From NCBI GenBank assembly GCA_965637545.1, contig OZ281494.1:26536001-26600000 (forward strand): DNA of 64,000 nucleotides. The letters run 5' to 3'. The notes under the pieces were generated by a model that worked only from the letters and a program-made list of their open reading frames with translations, did not search any database and was not told the DNA's origin. The position numbers and the translations under genes are program-made. Origin of the DNA: Phallusia mammillata. Its lineage: Eukaryota. Each line of letters begins with the position of its first letter. Position 1 is the first letter of the stretch. Shown piece by piece: positions 1 through 14,449 of this stretch.

Positions 1-578
1 ACGGGCTTCCATTCCAACCAAGGAGCAGTCGATGTGAGAGTGTGATTGACACGCTATATACAGTTCTTGTACATTTGTTTTTGTACGTTATGAGGAGTTA
101 TTGTGTTGTGACGTACTTGAAAAGTTGTTTTGAAATTGCCGGACTGGCTAAAATTATGTAGCTGACCCAACTATAATGTTGCGTTTCGGCTTAATTAGTA
201 GAAACCATGTTTTCGTTTTATGCTTTATTTTATGATATTGAAAACCTTTATTTTATTTTTGTTTGTCAGTTTTACTTCTTAATAATTTTGAATGGTGGTA
301 CGCTTAAAATGTCGCTACGTATCATGAATTTTGTATTTTATAACAATCGCAATACATTTTACACTGATCTAGCTTTGTTACTAACTTACGATTATTATAT
401 AGCTTTACCTTTATCCTAGCGTATTTTAAACCCCAACTATCACTAATGCTAAAGAGAAAGAGTAACAGCCAAAAATGAGGCACCCAAAACGTGAGTTTCA
501 TGGCGAACACTATTTATGATAAGTTTGCGCTTTTCCAAATCCGTGAAGATTATAATGTTTGCTAAAAAAAGCAATTTT

Positions 579-2840
579 TTAGGCTCTGCCCCAGCATTCA
601 AGTTTTCCAAGCGTATGCCATCCGAACTCGGCAGGATCACCTGCATCTCCGAAATGCATTTCACTGACAGGAAGGTCACTCTTGTTTGTCAGATAACCCT
701 CGTCGGCTGTTACGTACGATTCGGAGTTTGCATCACAGTTGCACTTTTTTTTTGTCTACGCACGTTCCTATGCAACAAAAGTTACACTTAGCTAGCTCAT
801 GACGTGCATTCAGTGGCATGAGATAAGTACCCACTTACATGTGTAACACAACAACATAATACTTGTCTTTAGCCTAATCGTTTAACCCATTTAATTATTA
901 CACCAATTCAAATTTACAGCCATTTAAATTGTTACAGTCATTTAAATTTTCCGCCAGCCAATTTTAGGACATAAATCTTGATATTCAAAGATCAACGTTG
1001 AGACCATACTAAAGACTATTTGCCAGTTTGTGCCCCTAAATATAAAATACCATTTCCCCAAAACAACCGATATTTTCAAACATTAGTTTGTGAACGTTCG
1101 ATCGATTTTTAAGACCAACCTGTCTCTCCACATGCACAGTAATTATCTCTCTCGCTTCCACCCCAGTTAAGCCTCAGTGTCCCGTTTCTTGATAACCAGG
1201 CACCACGGGGTTCGTCTTGTTTCCAGTGCAGAACGGATCCCCGGCATCGAAACTGGAAACAAAATTTGATCCTAACGTTTTGTCGAAGATATTTTTCTTG
1301 GCAATAGAGAAAAATATAAAGCAATTGGTACAATATAAAAGGTAGGAGCATGAATGGTTTTAATTAGACACCTTGAGTGGATGCCATTCGGTTTGTCATA
1401 AATGTTAAAATGTGGTTGCCCAACGATATATAGCAGCCTTAAAACAATATGTTAGTGGTTTGATCGACGCAAACTTTATTACACGACAGCATTATACATT
1501 GGGAACCAAACATGTTAAAAAAACAAAATTACCCAAAGATAAGAGACAGCAAAAAAGCTAAAATGTACTTGTATTTACAAATTGGATCCGCCCTGAAGCT
1601 CCTACCTTAATAAACTGCCTACAGTGAGCAGAGGCATCAATCAATTGTACGATTTTCCGCATGGGGACGCTGTAGGTAACTCTTCTTTTATAGCATCGAG
1701 GGTTTTCGCAATTGTTCATTTGGATTTCCTTTTCACTGTCATGGTCAATTAATGTCTTTGTTACCATCGTCCAGCTTCCGTTAGCAGTCGACACTGAACA
1801 TGACAAGTGGTTTGTGGCAAGAGATCGGCAAACTATTCAAAGTAAATGATCCGACAACTTGCACAAACTGTATATACAACGTCTAGGTATGGCGAAATGT
1901 TTTCAAGTATATTTTCGAGATGCGTTTGACATGGTAAAGTTGCAAACAACGGACAATGCGAGCAATATCAGAAAATGCAAAGAATGTTAGTTTTTTGGCT
2001 GGTTGCACAGAACAATTGAGATGACCTATATTTTACTAACCGTTAGCGATTTTGCAATATGCAAAGAATGGAATTTCCTCGCGACCTGAGGGGGAAATGA
2101 GATGATATCCCATCGTGCCGGTCACAGAGTCACATGAAGTTGGTGGATTGTTAACTACAAAACAAAACAAAACAAAAAACACAGTAGTATTTTGCACAAT
2201 CATGTACGTTTGGTGTTTTCTCAAATACCTGTGTTTTTCAGATTTTCCAATTCAGAGCGCAATTGAAGGATCTCTGCATCTGCTTGATCAGCTTCTCCCT
2301 TGTCACCCTTTGTGCCCAATTCTCCCTGTATATTTGCTATAGGTTAGAATTACCTTTAAAAAGCTTTTGGACTTTAGAAAAGGTTTTGGACTGTTGTCAC
2401 TAAATAGCAGATACTCTTTTACAATTTTATGTTTCGAGAAACTTAATTTTTTGAGCCTGCATGTCAGTGTATGGTTTACTATACGTTTTTTTTTATTACA
2501 ACAGATTTATGATGTTTCCTTTAGGGTGCTTTTCTTTCATCTATGTGCTGCATCACACAGCATTTTAATTGATGCTTTACAGCAGTAAGTACAAAGGACA
2601 AATAAAAGTATCATAGATTATATTAACCTTTTGTCCTTTTGATCCAGGATACCCTGAAGGTCCAGCTTTACCTGGAAGACCTGCCGGACCTCTTTCAGAT
2701 ACACCAACCGTTTCCGTTTGTGGCCTATCATTGCCGAAGTACTGGACAATGGTTGTACCCTTGCAGTTACTGGAAGCTTCGTTTTGAGTTGCGACTTCTT
2801 TTGTAATAATCATCAGGGACAGCACGAGAAATATTAACAT
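579..2840 (-). CDS. Paralogue A: secreted short-collagen + coiled-coil + Caspr-type fibrinogen-related domain protein (most divergent copy; one apparent 1-nt homopolymer frameshift in last exon)
   Basis: Exons (minus) 2840-2628, 2325-2229, 2154-2041, 1793-1606, 1252-1120, 767-579, all GT-AG. Signal MLIFLVLSLMIIT, 11 Gly-X-Y triplets, neck AEILQLRSELENLK, PTSC..YC exon, then DHDS..CRQFIK/FRCRGS..NWGGSERDNYCACGETG/CNCD..DEGYLTNK..GWHTLGKLECW. The A9 run at 745-753 puts the last exon out of frame (total 934 nt). Confidence 0.85.
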
Positions 2841-3900
2841 TTTGAATGTTTCGTGTCTCAACTAAAGGTTGTGAAATTTGTAGCAAATGCAAGCAATGCG
2901 CTATGTAACATAAACCGTATTACAAAATTGCTCACTGAACTTTTAACATAGACCGTGTTACAAAATCCCTCACTGCACTTAATTGGTTTTGTAACGAGAA
3001 AACACTCAACACCTTTTGCATGTTTTTTAATGATATTTGCATTGCATTCTGTGTAAAATTTACTGACTGGAACAGGTATATCAAAGTAATAAAGGCTACT
3101 ACTAATATCGTGTCTTCACTATACCTATGTTACAAATATTAATGCCTTTTTCATCAGTGTGTATAGCTGTCAAATAGTTCCTATTAGAATCCTAACATTT
3201 TTCGAAAACATTACAACCTATAGCAAGCAAATACCAGCTTACAAATCACACTGTCTTTAGCAAACCGACTTATTGAAATCGCCTGCAGATATTGAACAGT
3301 CATTGAACTTACCGATCGCTGGAGAAAAGTTATTTAAGTCCGCCCTTCGGCGTAAAAGTTAGTTTAGGTTTTTGCTATATGCTGCAAGTGAAAAAGAAAT
3401 GACTGTTTGAAAATACATCAAATTTGTAAACATAAAATAACTGCTTGGTAAAAAACATTTCCGAAAAAATGTAAGGTATAATCAAACTTAATATCACACA
3501 TATTTTTTTTTGGATTCCCAAAAGCACATTTGGCACAAAATGTTACACCCTTGATAGTAAAGAAAAAATCACGTATTACTCCCTCGTTAAGCATAATTTC
3601 CGTTTTGACAAACGACTCATTCCTGGTGGGAATGTCTCAAATTACGTAAGCTGAAGTATTTTGATTGTGACGGAAATTAAATGCCTTGGCTGTAATACAA
3701 ACGTTTTCGATACGCGTGACAAAAAATGTTTATGTTTGTGAGATACGTGGCATTTTTATTGCAATGGCAGGAGCGATCGCAAGACCGTCCTAAACATTTG
3801 GCATGAAGGCAAGTCTGCAAGTGGTTGCATATACAAACATGAAAATACGTTTTACAGATTGCACCAAGCAAACTGCGCATATAAAAAGCTGCTGTAAAAA

Positions 3901-6328
3901 ATGATTTGTTTGCTGCTAACGCTGCTGTTGGCAGCGCAAAGTGTATCACAGGATTCTTCATCTACTGGCTGCAAAGGAAGCATAATTAACCAGTATTTTG
4001 GAAGTGACCAGCATTTGATTCAGCATTCAGTTGTTCCATCAGGGCGTGAGGCACCAGGACCACCCGGAAAAAGAGGACCTATTGGCCACATGGGAACAAT
4101 TGGCCCTAAGGTAAAAACGAACAATTTATTAAATTGTTTTTGTTTTTGTGGTTGTAGATTTAACCACGGTGTTTTTAAAAAAATAATGTTTTAAAGTAAT
4201 TAAAAATCAGGAAATTTTCGTTCAAAATTATGAAACTTATTGTGCCCGTTAGTGTTTTATAACAGAAATAAAATAAACGTTTTTTTTTGCTCAACCAGCA
4301 GTAATACAACTCGCCGCCTTTTCAATGTCTCATTCGGGCGTCTTTATCTGTTGCTGTGATTGCTAATGGTTTGTGGGAAACGAGTTTTTTAGAGTCGTGA
4401 AACGTTTACGCGCGTGCTAGCACCACGAACGTAAAAAAAAACTGATACCGACTTGCCGCTATCGGTCGCTTTTACACCTCTAACACTAAAGTATTTATCA
4501 CCGTTTTATAACACTGTGTTTGTACCACTTTCCTTCCGCACACTGTGTTACATGATATAAGAAGGGTTGTATAAGGCTTTGTGCCATTTTTTTGATGAAG
4601 ACGCCTCAAATCAAAACTTTGTATGAGTTATATACAGTTGGCCGTTAAGCAAAAGAAAAGTCAAGGAAATGTGCCTGGCGACACCAGTTATGTTTAAGCT
4701 CGCGAGTTTTTCAATTTATTTTAGCGTTTACACAACTTTTGCTGGTTGCTTGGTTTTTATGTTTCCAAATAAAATTTCACTGAAAGATTTAATATACCTT
4801 ACTCGGGAACGGTGTATATTTGGCAGGGCGATCCGGGTGTAAAAGGCCAAAAAGGAGAACCTGTTCTTGCTTCGACAATTCTAGAACTTAAAAGAGCGAT
4901 AAATCGATTGGAAAATTCAGGTATTATGGAACAGATTAACGCTTCTACTTTGGACAAATACAATTGCGTTATTGCGTTTAGTAGCAGTTATATTAATCCT
5001 TAACACAATTGTACTGCGTAGTTCTGTGATGTTAACACTTTTTTTTGTCAGTAAATGCCATTGTACCAGCCACCTGCAAACACGTGGCTTTATCGCCAGG
5101 ATCTTATCCTATCTTACCCCTTGGACTTGATGGAACACCATTCTACGCCTACTGTGAAGGTCAGGTGTTACGCTTTAAAAGTTAAATTTGGATTAAATGG
5201 TATTGTGTTGCAAAACAGAAAGTCCCACTGGCGTGAGAAAGACATTGATTGGTCACGACAGCGAAACTGAAATTGCGGCTGATAATTGTGAAGCTCCCAG
5301 ATGTTACAGAAGAAAAGTAACATACGACGTCAGCATGGAAGACATTGTACGTCTTATTGATGCATCCCAGCAATGCAGACAATTTATTCAGGTATTTCTG
5401 CGAGCCAAAAAATCTGGTATTAAAATGGAAATAAGTAAAACGGAAATAACTTGTGTTCGCTTGCAAATGACACGAACATGAAAAATGGGACCCGAAAAGT
5501 TTTTTTTGCTATTATTTCTGGATACAAATCATTTTGTGTACAATACCTGGCTAACTGGATGCAGCACAAACGAACGCATAATATGTATAGATTATAGAAG
5601 GATTGTGAAAAAACTCTTTTGTTGGGAATAAATATATAGTTTTGTGCAACATGGAGCCTAATAACAGTAGTATGTTGATTTGCTATCAAATTCTTCTTAA
5701 TGTAGAGTCTTATTGTTTCATTCTGCCACCGTTAAAGAGTTTATGACAAATTTTACTGGTGTAAATATATTGCTTTCAGTTTCGATGCAGAGGCTCCCTG
5801 CTGCACCAACGTAAAGATGTTTATGGAGCTTGGTTATCAAGAAACGGAACGTTAAAACTCAACTGGGGTGGAACTAAAAAAGACTACTATTGCGCCTGCG
5901 GAGAGACTGGTATAAACCTCCATTTGTTTTTGGACCTGTAACCAATTATAGTGTTAGCTTACACAAAGATTCAGCAATTTGTGGACTTTTGTGGGCATAC
6001 TGTTATTTACATGACTTTGTCGTGATCGCTGGTCTGCATAGACGCTTTAGGGCTGATCCCAGTTGTAAATTAATGTTCTTCTTGCACTTGGGAGTGTCGA
6101 ACACTGAAAACATAATCATTTAAATAACTAAAGCTTGCAACGTTGACAGGCACTTGCATTGACAATACGCACAAGTGCAACTGCGACCAGAACGGACCAA
6201 TTGATACATCAGATGAAGGTTATCTGACAAACAAAGAAGATTTGCCAGTAACTGAAATGCATTTTGGAGACATGGCAGACAGTTCGGAGTTTGGCTGGCA
6301 TACACTCGGAAAACTTGAATGTTGGTAA
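3901..6328 (+). CDS. Paralogue B: intact 6-exon collagen/coiled-coil/Caspr-type FReD protein (297 aa)
   Basis: Exons 3901-4110, 4827-4920, 5052-5159, 5219-5391, 5780-5909, 6150-6328 (894 nt, open frame, GT-AG). Retains the PATC..FYAYC exon. Confidence 0.9.
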
Positions 6329-7451
6329 AAACAGCTTATATGCCGACGTTAAATGAACGCATCAAGTTTATCATCATCTTATACGCACAGTCAATTTTCA
6401 AACACCGTTTTTATCCTTTTCCTTACATGGCCTATATTCCCCTGTTGTACATTAGTACTGCATTACCCTTTTATTATCCGCATTTTTCTCACACGCACCC
6501 ACGCGTATCTTGTTGGTGGAACCTTAATGCTACTTTGCAAACGGGGATTTATATGATTAAGTGTTGCATTTCATAGTTGTGTTCCGCGGCACTGATACCA
6601 TACCAACCCCTTAACATTTTGTCAGTTTTAAACAATAATATAAACAAAATAAGAATTTGTTTACTGTTGCATTATCGTTTCTGTGTTGTGTATTATTTCA
6701 ATGATTGGACCGTGCATAAGAACTCGCTTTAACTTCAAACGGCATTACACTACATACTGTATATAGATTACAATCCAATGAGTGCTTGCGTGAATACAAC
6801 ATTGTGTCAGAAGTGGGATCAAACCTCAGTCTCCATTCAAGACCTATTTATTAAGTTTAACATAAACTTTAACTCAAGGAATTTCACTGAATCCACAATT
6901 CGAATCTTTAACAGATTTCAGTAAAAAATGCCACCAACCGTTACGTGAAGTTACAGGATGTAATTCAAATTTGCAGCAATGGCATTTAGAGTTAAAATTT
7001 GGAAACATGCCTATTGCCTCCATTCGTCGACTAAGTTTTGAAAACTTGAATGTACAGTGCATGCCGCTGGGCTGCTTTGTAGGTTTGCTGAAAAAAATTG
7101 CAGTGTTGCTAAAAACAGGTTTTGCAACCCTTTTGATGAACTCTATTTTAGGTCTAAAATGCAAACAAATGGATAAAATTCTGCTTGTAAGTACTTTTTA
7201 TCCTGGGGTTGTAAGTAGGACCGAAGCCGAAATACACTGTTCAATTACAAAGTATTTCAAGTTTTCAAGACTGGTCGTTCGACATTTTTAGTCAGACGTC
7301 AATGTAAATTGTAAACTCGATCAGTAGAGTTTAACCAGGTAGTTGATGTGCAGCAACAGTGGGGCCTTGCAGGATTACTGCAAACAATAACTTTTTCCGC
7401 AGTTTGAACTATCCGTACACGTAACAGATCAGTTTATAATTTATTGATGAA

Positions 7452-9630
7452 ATGGAGAAAATCATATGTTTGCTGCTAACGCTGCTGTTGTTAACTCAAT
7501 GTGCATCACAAGACTCTTCGTCCACCGGTTGTAAGGGAAGCACAATCATTCAGTATTTCGGGAGTGATCAGCATTTGACTCAACATCAGTTGCGTCCAGT
7601 TGGTCCGTCAGGTCGTGGAGCACCTGGGCCACCCGGAAAAAGAGGACCAGTTGGCCAAATGGGACCAGTCGGTTTGAAGGTTAATAAACAAAAAATAAAA
7701 ATAATACACAACACTCTTTTTAAAGATGTTATGTTAAAGATTATTTTGTGTTAATTTCACTGCAGTCACATTTTTTACTGTTTTTGTTAGGGGGATACGG
7801 GCAGCAAGGGTCAAAAAGGAGAACCTGCTCTTTCTGCGACAATCCTTGAATTGAAAAGAGCAGTTCACGAACTAGAAAATTCAGGTATTGTTAAGATTTG
7901 CAACAGGTAAGCAGTTTTAATGTATCAGCTCCAACATAGCTGCAATTTGCAGCAGAATATAAATGTCGGCTCGGAATATCTCAACTAATTTTAGATTCGG
8001 GCTTAATCGAAATTCTGCATCGAAAAATCTGCTGCCTAATCAGAATGATGGTTTTTCATTTTATTTAATTTTGTGTATGTTTTTCAGTCATGAGAATGAC
8101 ATCGATTGGCCACGACAGCGAATCTGAAATTGAAGTGAACAAATGTGAGCCTAACAGATGTTACCAAAGAACAGTAACATACAACACCAGCATGGATAAT
8201 ATAGTTCGTCTTATTAGTGCATCCCATCACTGCAGACAATTTATTAAGGTAATTGTTAAATACTTTTGTTCATTTTCATGAGGCAAATAATGATTTGTTT
8301 AAGGTTTTGCTTAATATAGAACTGTTGGATATAAAAGTTTCGTTTTTTCCTACCAAAACTATCACAAGTTTTAAACAAGTTTTACTTTAGTACCGATGTC
8401 GAGGTTCTGTGCTATTCCACAATGGAAATGATTATGCAGCTTGGGTGTCCAGGAATGGAATGCTGAAACACAACTGGGGAGGAAGTGAAAGAGAATACTA
8501 CTGCACCTGTGGAGAAACTGGTCGGGCTGCTGTTGTTTGTTTTTGGGCGTATGGGAAGCAAGTTTGAAATAGTGATGTACCGAATATTAGGTTTACCTAA
8601 TTTATTCGACCGGGCATTTTTTAAGTCAGGCATTTTTACAAAGATTCGATTTCGGGAAAGTAGGGTGTATAGCGTTACAAACGAAACTGATTTTTTTACG
8701 AACACAGTTTTAAAGCGTAAAAGGTTCCTTTCCTTGTCTACTTTAATGGACACCACACAATCTTTTAAACTTAACAATAACTTAGCGTCAACAATTACTA
8801 TGTTCAAACCATTGTTGTTTTGTACAGCCAGACAAAAAAATCAACTGTTCGTTCACAAGCTAGCAACGACAGACGAGGCAGCCACAAAACCGACGTTACT
8901 AGGATGCTAATGAAATCCAAATATTATACTAGAAAAACTTTTCGGGAAGCACATTGCTACGTGTGACGTCCTTAATGATGCGGTTGATTCGGCCGAATTG
9001 ATTTGCTTTTGGATCGAATCTAATTTAGCGAGTATAAAACTCATATGTTAAACTCAGTGGTTCTCAAAGTATGGGTCGCGACCCACACATGGGTCGCACA
9101 GGGCAAAAAAATGGGTCGCGCACACAATAGCCTTCCCACTATACTGTTTCGCACATGGCAATTGTAACGTCCTACCACGGGAAATAGGATAAGCTAATCT
9201 TGCGTTAACTGAACTTGGCCATGTGAAAGTTAGCGTTAGAGTATGAGTAAGTATTCGTACAAGGAAATAAAATGCAATGTTTGTTGTTTGAGGCTTGGGT
9301 CGTCAGGTGTTTATAAAACTCAGATTTGGGTCGCGCTCAAAAAAGTTTGAGAACCACTGTGTTAAAGCGTGCTATAGCTCGCTTTTTTAGCACTAAAAAA
9401 CGTTTGTTTCGTAATATGGAGAATAAACATATCCTTTGTTTTGCTTAGGTACATGCATCGACAACGATCACAAATGCAACTGTGATCAGAACTCAGATAC
9501 TGTAACTACATCGGACGAAGGATACCTAACAAACAAAGGTGATCTACCTGTAACTGAAATGCATTTTGGAGACAATGGGGGCGATCTGGAACGTGGTTGG
9601 CACACCCTGGGAAAACTTGAATGCTGGTGA
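7452..9630 (+). CDS. Paralogue C: intact 5-exon form (264 aa), lacks the PxxC..YC exon
   Basis: Exons 7452-7679, 7791-7884, 8088-8248, 8391-8520, 9449-9630 (795 nt, open frame). Confidence 0.9.
9055..9359. mobile_element. hAT (Buster/Charlie-like) MITE in last intron of C
   Basis: Ends CAGTGGTTCTCAAA / TTTGAGAACCACTG. Flanks tgttaaac(t) and tgttaaag are a near-match 8-bp TSD. Confidence 0.75.
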
Positions 9631-10414
9631 ATGCAATATCTAGTGATTGATTTTTCATATAAGATGTTACACAACAACAAATGCATAAAATTGTTAAAAA
9701 CCTGTACATACACTCTTCTGATCAGTTGTCTATTCCTGCTGTAACGTACTGCAATAATTTTGTAAACATCTTATAGCTTTTCTTTCCAAGTACTTTTTCG
9801 AGACACGCAATGAAAACAAATGGCCCCTTCATACGATGTGTAATACGAAATACTAGTGATTGTCATGAGTGCAAAATCATAAAGTTTCTATGCTGTGTAA
9901 TGTACTTGCGCCCTGTTTAGAAATTCATGCGCACAGAAATCAGAAAATAGTTTTTAAACCGAACTTAAAACCTGAAGTGTAAATTTATTGGACTGGTTTT
10001 ATATTGTCCTTTACTACTGCGATCGTTGCCATACAACTGTCGAACTGCGAAGTTTTTGTCTACTCCTAAACCATACTCTTTTTCTATTAGTCCCAAATTT
10101 GTCCAAATCACTGAATCATTAGATATGAATTAATACATATTTCTGATGTAAGTTAGTTGCAATCATGAATGATTCATATTAATGCTGAGACCCCAGATAT
10201 TGTAATCTTAAACTTAAGGTTGTTTGCGGTTTTAAGCATCAACCTGCACCTGTTTCTATGTGTATTATTACTCTTTGCCATGTTACTTAATTCAGGCGAT
10301 GTCGTGAACATGTCAAGTTGTTGCTTGCTCTTATATCTACGAAGTATCATCATTAAAATGCACTACCCCCCAAAAAAACTGTTTGTGCCATAGATTTTTT
10401 TCTATCCTATAGCA

Positions 10415-10837
10415 CAGCGGTTCCCAAACTGGGGTCCGCGGTCCTTTAGGGGTCCGTGAGGCAATTTTGGGGGGGACCGCGAAGCGGTTGAAGTAATTCT
10501 ATAATCTTATTTGGCGTCAGTTTGTGCCACTAAATAAGTTTAAATCAAAGTAGAATTGAGAATCGACTGTCTCCATTGCTAAACAATGGCCTTTATTGAA
10601 TGACAACTATATCAAAAATGCAATTGTTCGCGCAAAATCGTAATGTTTTTGTCCTGTTTGTGATGTCACATGCTGTCTTTGGATGATTGTTATGCGCAAT
10701 TTTGCATAACTAGCTAAAATCCTGCAATCAACTTTCATTTTTATGAAATACACATTTAGGCTTAAGGACCGCGAGCCCTCGAAATAATGGCAAAGGGACC
10801 GTTTTGAAAAAAATATGAAAAAGTTTGGGAACCACTG
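10415..10837. mobile_element. hAT MITE
   Basis: TIR CAGCGGTTCCCAAACT / AGTTTGGGAACCACTG; TSD ctatagca/ctatagcg (7/8). A related inverted copy lies at 21147-21496. Confidence 0.8.
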
Positions 10838-12312
10838 CTATAGCGTATAGACCTTATCTAAAATTTAATATCATTATGTTGGTCCCGGAATCCAATGTTT
10901 TAAAGACCAATGGCGTACTTGCATCAACCTGGAAGGATTCTACCAACATTTTTTTTAAGTATTATCATATATTTTACTACTGCAATTTGCAGTTTTGGAA
11001 AAATTGCAGCCCCAAACGTTACTCGCAGTGACAGGAAGTACTTCAAATTTGCAAAACAGGCAACACGAGGTTAATAACCAGAGAGGCTCAAATGCCTTGT
11101 CAATTCAGTTTCGACAAGACTGTTATTGCACTACAAGTCATGTGACTCCTAAAAAACATATGCCATCGAAGGTTTGCTGGAACTAGCGTTGCTACAGATT
11201 TCTGTGTACAGATTCATTCCTATAGACCAGTGCTCTTCAACCGGTGTGCACGGTGCACCCTAGGGTGCACCAAAATATGCAGGGGATGCACCAGTAGAAA
11301 GGGGTGCATCACAAACTTTTAATGAACCATTAATATTTGACTTTCAGGATATTAGAAAAAAGATCTAGGTTTCAACTGATGTATAAATGAAGCTCTGTCA
11401 TTTTTTTGAATACATGTTTTACTTGTATTTGATGACTAGTTATACTCCGTTTGCATGAAAAGTTGTTTTTTGAGAATGCCTTATTCTCTTTGCTTGACAC
11501 ACGAGGTCAGGAATAATATGTTTGACAACGATTTATATCAACATCGTTCGTATAATGTTTTATTCAGGACTTGTTTTACAATTTTTAGTTTTTTATAACT
11601 CATACAATTTTCCTGCCAAGTGGCATGTAGTTCTAATTAACCCCGAACACTGTTTATTGCGTATCAACCAGTTGTTTAAAATCCTTTTTTGACGTGATGT
11701 AAGAATGTCTGCCATTTTCTAACTTTAAAAGAATACTGAAATGTTTGGTTGTGAAGATATATAATCAACTTGCACGTTGAAAATCCTTTGATTCACACCT
11801 AGTGCTAGAGCAGCGGTCAGCAACCATCTTCAAAAAGTTTATTACCGGGCCGTATACTTTTTAGGTTAAATGGTTCAATGACTTACGTAATACGATCCTT
11901 GTATACAGACGCCTAATTGCAAGTCGAAGTACATTTGTTGGTTTTTGATGGCGGGTCCGCGTTAAAATTTCAGTTTTGAAACGGTCTGCAGTGCACTCCT
12001 GGGCTAGAGTCCAAAGTTTGCATAACCATTTTTGTTGTTGACTCATTGTATTACCCAATCACTTGAATTCGATTTACAAACAATTGTTGTCACTCAGACT
12101 TTTACTTGCGGTGCAGGAAGTACTTAATTTAAAAGGCAGGCAGATTTTAATTGCCAAATGTGCATTAAACTTCGATACCTTTGGTCATGTTTTCTACTGC
12201 AATGCGAATTATTTTGCAGCATTGCAACATTTGGCACGTGTTTTAAACAAACTACAAATATGAGTTATATTACAGATTGATCCATAGTTGAACTTCAACC
12301 AGTTACAGTAAA

Positions 12313-14449
12313 ATGATCTTTGCGTTGATAATGCTTTTGTTAATAAGTCAAAGTGCATCCCATGACTCTTCAGCCACCGGTTGCAAGGGAAGCACAATTA
12401 ACCAGTATTTTGGAAGTGACCAGCATTTGTTTCAGCATTCAGTTGGACCATCAGGGCGTGGAGCACCTGGGCCACCCGGAAAAAGAGGACCTGTTGGCCA
12501 TATCGGATTAATCGGTCCTAAGGTAAAAACAAAAATTATTAAAAAAATCCACAACGATCCACGAAATAACTGTGGATTAGGCTGTGTTCTATTATACGGA
12601 ACGACTAGGGCTTGTTCTGCAAAGATTTCATTGGCCCTCAAGGGTTATTCCTGACTACCCTTGTACACTTGAATGTTGTGTTTCTTTAAACCGGTAGTTG
12701 ATTTTCATGCTTGACAGGGTGATGGGGGCAACAAAGGTCAAAAAGGCGAACCAGCTCCTGATTCAACCATCATGGAATTGAAACAAGCCCTTAACCGTTT
12801 GGAAAATTCAAGTAGTTTTTTAATGCATTAATTTATCTATTTCAAATACAGAGACACTCATAAACGTTGCCGTGCAAACCAAAACAAGCTTTAGAAATAA
12901 TTTTTATCTTGTTTTTTTTACATCTCACTTTCTAACTTCAATAATTTTTATATTAGATTCGTAACCATCGTGAACCACGTGTTTTAAGAATCGTGGGAGA
13001 AAATTCATTTTTCCGTTTACAAACTAATAACTAAGCACTAAATCAGTGGTTCTTAAAATGGGTGATACTGTCCGCCTCTGGACGTTTGTGATAATGAATA
13101 GGGCTCTGGACGTAATTAAGGTGCTGCAATAAATCTTGGCAGACAAAACATGTGAAATTACATGTAAAAAGTTAAAACTTTAAATACTCATTTTGTACAT
13201 TTTTCAGTTACGTTGATTGGCCACGACAGCGAACATGAAATTACAGTTAATAAATGTGAACCTGATAGATGTTACAGAAGGACAGTTACATACACCACCA
13301 GCATGGAAAACATTATTCGTCTCATTAATGCATCACAACACTGCAGACAATTTATCCAGGTATTTGTCAATTACTTTTGTTAATTTTAAAGATGAACATA
13401 TATTCATAACTTGGATCAGCCCTGAAGCGTCTATAAGCAGACCAGCGATCACGGCACACTCATATGTAAATCACAGTACGCTAGGCCTATTGAAGGCGCC
13501 ATCCCGAATCAGCCGGTCACCAAGCATTCACCACTATATGGCAGGGCATAGGCTAGAACAATCTAGCCTGCGGTGGGATTCTAACCCAGGACAGAAGTCT
13601 AGGCTATGGCAAGGCATCTAGCCTAGACTCCTCCCACCACAGGCTAGATTTTTCTAGCCTATGTCTTGCCATTTGGTGGTGAATGCTTGGTGACCGGCTA
13701 GTGCGGTATGGCGCCTTCAATGGGCCTAGCGTACTGTGATTTTGATTTTACAGAAGCAATTACTTCTTGATTTAGGTTATGCTGAATATAGAAATGTTGT
13801 GTAGGCCTATATATGTAGGCCTATATATATCCCTTTTTTTCTATCAATAAATAAACAGTGTACAATGGCCAAAGGAAAGTATTATTATTAATGCATAGTT
13901 GACTGACCAAATATGTTTTATTTCAGTACCGATGTCGAGGTTCTATGCTATTCAAAAATGGAAATGATTTCGCAGGTTGGGTGTCCAGAAATGGAGTGAT
14001 AAAACACAACTGGGGCGGAAGTGAAACAGAATACTATTGCGCCTGTGGAAAAACTGGTCAGTTCCTTATTGTATATTTTTAGACTTGTGAGCAGCTACTA
14101 GTTTGTATCTTAGGCAGTTCTGTGTAGTTTGAATTATTTTAAACACTTGATTGTGGCTAAGCATGTGAATGTTCGCGTCATTTGTAAAGCGTTTGGGACT
14201 GTTAAAAAAGTTTGCTTATTGTAATGTTTACCTATTGCAGAGAATTCAAAAATCTTTTTTTTTTCAGGTACATGCATTGACAATGATTACAAATGCAACT
14301 GCGATCAGAACTCAGATACTGTGAGTACATCAGACGAAGGATACCTAACAAACAAAGATGATCTACCAGTAACTGAAATGCATTTCGGAGACACTGGAGG
14401 CGATCCGGAACGTGGTAGGCACACCCTGGGAAAACTTGAATGCTGGTGA
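12313..14449 (+). CDS. Paralogue D: intact 5-exon form (255 aa)
   Basis: Exons 12313-12522, 12718-12811, 13208-13359, 13927-14056, 14268-14449 (768 nt, open frame). The otherwise invariant GWHTLG is GRHTLG here. Confidence 0.88.
13472..13738. mobile_element. Fold-back MITE with CAC..GTG ends (EnSpm/CACTA-like) in intron of D
   Basis: Almost wholly palindromic: cacagtacgctaggcctattgaaggcgccat ... atggcgccttcaatgggcctagcgtactgtg, flanked by AT on both sides. Confidence 0.65.

Noticed and set aside
6795-6850. tgtcagaagtgggatcaaacc as a tRNA or SINE
   Set aside because: Only a B-box-like fragment on the minus strand; no cloverleaf or full SINE can be traced.
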